NCBI GenBank assembly: GCA_964649365.1
Contig: CAZYPJ010000002.1
Location: forward strand, 11,263 to 56,682
Direction: 5' to 3'
Length of the DNA stretch: 45,420 nt
Origin: an uncultured Anaerolineales bacterium
Lineage (GTDB): Bacteria > Chloroflexota > Anaerolineae > UBA1429
Positions within the stretch are counted from its first letter, which is position 1, and every line of letters begins with the position of its first letter. The position numbers and the translations under genes are program-made. Below the pieces are notes generated by a model. That model was not told the origin of the DNA, searched no databases, and saw only the letters and a program-made list of their open reading frames with translations. Of this stretch, positions 44,067 to 45,420 are shown in pieces.

Positions 44067-44756
44067 ATGAACCTTGTGGCTTATTATGACGCCTACTGGC
44101 GCCAAGCGGATGATTCCTTCGACCATGATCGGCTGGCGCTGCTGGCCAAGCACGTTCACCCCGGCGAGACAGTGCTGGAAGTGGATTGTGGTCCCGGAGT
44201 CTTGGCTGCCAAGATGCGCGACCAGGGGGCCATCGTCACCGCCACCGACCTTTCATCTGTGGCGGTGGAACGGGCGCGGGCCAAGGGCATCCCTTGTACT
44301 CAGGTGGTTATAGACAACGAACCATTGCCCTTTGCTGATGCCAGCTTTGAGGTGGTCGTCTCAAACTCGGCTATTGAGCATCGCTTTTTCCACGAAAAGG
44401 TGTTCGACGAGTGCGTGCGTGTGCTCAAACCTGGCGGGCGCTTTATTGTCTGCTTGCCCAATATTGCCCATATCATCTGTCGTTGGTGGCTGCTTACTGG
44501 GCGCTTTCCCTACATCATCAATTCGCCCACCGACGCTATGCACCTTCGCTTTTTCACTGTGCGTGAGGCGACGACGCTTTGTCGCCAGCGTGGACTCAGG
44601 ATCGTCTCCGCTGAAGGCAGCGCCAGCCTGTGGGCGCGCGAGTTCTATCCGCCCTTGTGGCGCAAGCGCCGCCTGCGCGGGCTGATTACGTGGTTAGCCA
44701 AGGTCTGGCCCGCCATGTTTGGGCGCGATTTTGTATTGGTGGGCGTCAAGCAGTAA
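44067..44756 (+). CDS. Class I SAM-dependent methyltransferase
   Basis: VLEVDCGPGVLAAKM (motif I), VTATDLS, VVSNSAIEH, LKPGGRFIVCLPN. The ATG lies 2 nt after the upstream TAA. Confidence 0.85.
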   Translation: MNLVAYYDAYWRQADDSFDHDRLALLAKHVHPGETVLEVDCGPGVLAAKMRDQGAIVTATDLSSVAVERARAKGIPCTQVVIDNEPLPFADASFEVVVSNSAIEHRFFHEKVFDECVRVLKPGGRFIVCLPNIAHIICRWWLLTGRFPYIINSPTDAMHLRFFTVREATTLCRQRGLRIVSAEGSASLWAREFYPPLWRKRRLRGLITWLAKVWPAMFGRDFVLVGVKQ

Positions 44757-44800
44757 ACTCTGTCGTTCGTCGTTGCTACATCGTATAACTGGGGGATGGG

Positions 44801-45409
44801 ATGAGTCTGAGAAGAGATGTGGGCTTGAGCCTGTTCTGGGTGGCTCTGGCTACCATCGGGTCGAAAGGGCTGGCGCTGTTGCGCAAGTTGATTTTGGCGC
44901 GCCTGCTCGTTCCGGCGGATTTCGGTCTGGTGGCCTACGCCTCGTTGGCCATCGGCGTATTCGAGTTGTTCAAGGAACTGGGCTTCAGCTCGGCCCTGAT
45001 TTTCCGGCGGGACGATGTAGAAGAGGCCGCCAACACGACCTTTGTAGCTGTGTTGGCGACGAGCGTGTCACTCTATATCTTGGCCTTTTTCACCTCGCCG
45101 TTGGTGGCTGACTTTTTCCGCAACCCAGCGCTCACCGATGTGCTGCGGGTGCTGTCGCTTACGATGGTGATCTCATCCGTTAGCCAGGTGCCCATCACGC
45201 TCATGGCCAAGGGGATGGGGTTCAAGAAAAAGGTCATCCCCGAGATGATCGCCGAAGTCATCGCCTCGTCTATCTCGGTAGTGTTAGCGCTGCTGGGCTG
45301 GGGCGTGTGGTCCATTGTCTATGGCCAGCTTATCCTTGCTACAATGGTATCTATCTACGTCTGGTTTTTATGCCCCAGGCCGCCCACCTGGAAATATTCG
45401 AGGCGCTAG
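44801..45409 (+). CDS. MOP/PST-family (Wzx-like) polysaccharide/oligosaccharide flippase, N-terminal ~200 aa only; ends at TAG 45407-45409 (probably premature)
   Basis: LFWVALATIGSKGLALLRKLILARLLVPADFGLVAYASLAIGVFELFKELGFSSALIFRRD...VLSLTMVISSVSQVPITLMAKGMGFKKKVIPEMIAEVIASSISVVLALLGWGVWSIVYGQL matches the N-terminal half of Wzx/PST flippases, which normally have >400 aa and 12-14 TM segments. Only ~6 TM segments are present before the stop. Confidence 0.7.
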   Translation: MSLRRDVGLSLFWVALATIGSKGLALLRKLILARLLVPADFGLVAYASLAIGVFELFKELGFSSALIFRRDDVEEAANTTFVAVLATSVSLYILAFFTSPLVADFFRNPALTDVLRVLSLTMVISSVSQVPITLMAKGMGFKKKVIPEMIAEVIASSISVVLALLGWGVWSIVYGQLILATMVSIYVWFLCPRPPTWKYSRR

Positions 45410-45420
45410 GCCAGGGAGTT

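Noticed and set aside
10679-45409. Genome-wide TAG reassignment or pyrrolysine decoding as the explanation for the two in-frame TAGs.
   Set aside because: TAG also terminates about nine other genes in this window at positions where the product has its expected full length and the next gene begins within ~25 nt (stops ending at 17439, 18551, 21507, 22336, 23049, 24620, 31375, 37595, 42598). No pyl genes are visible. Ordinary nonsense mutation or a sequence error is more likely.
1-45420. Phage-defence, toxin-antitoxin or secretion-system content.
   Set aside because: No nuclease, helicase/ATPase, methylase-restriction pair, toxin-like small ORF pair or secretion ATPase motifs were recognised on either strand. 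All substantial ORFs are accounted for by envelope-glycosylation functions.

Overview
High-GC bacterial window. The gene content and the Pro/Thr-linker DNRLRE-repeat proteins are reminiscent of Chloroflexota, but that taxon call is inference only.

Left part (1-9,950):
- A partial M50 site-2-protease gene on the minus strand, absent from the ORF track.
- A near-perfect sigma70-type promoter.
- A ~2,380-aa secreted protein with a glycoside-hydrolase-like N-domain, seven DNRLRE/CBM96-like modules separated by Pro/Thr linkers, and two unassigned C-terminal modules.
- A perfect 15-bp-stem bidirectional terminator.
- A convergent SDR gene.
- An orphan IS630-type HTH fragment.

Right part (9,953 to the window end): about 29 genes all lie on the + strand, mostly separated by <=45 nt or overlapping. 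They comprise:
- Eight polytopic GT-C-type membrane glycosyltransferases: 4 GT39/PMT_2-like, 1 GT87/DUF2029-like, 3 YfhO-like.
- Five GT2 enzymes, four of them polyprenyl-phosphate-sugar-synthase-like.
- Five radical SAM enzymes: 3 with a B12-binding domain, 2 with a SPASM domain.
- Three class I SAM methyltransferases.
- A DegT aminotransferase plus GNAT pair, a NodB-type deacetylase, an HpnA-like epimerase/dehydratase, a hexapeptide acyltransferase, a DUF2304 protein and a Wzx-like flippase.
- A second secreted DNRLRE / Pro-Thr-linker / esterase protein whose start codon overlaps the stop of a GT-C gene.

Main hypothesis: this is an expanded protein O-glycosylation (O-mannosylation-like) island encoded together with its Pro/Thr-linker substrates. 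It carries unusual radical-SAM decoration chemistry.

Two conserved genes are interrupted by in-frame TAG codons: a B12-radical SAM gene, and probably the flippase at the window edge. I found no rRNA, tRNA, CRISPR array, intact mobile element or recognisable defence genes.

All family calls come from motif recognition by eye. No database search was run.
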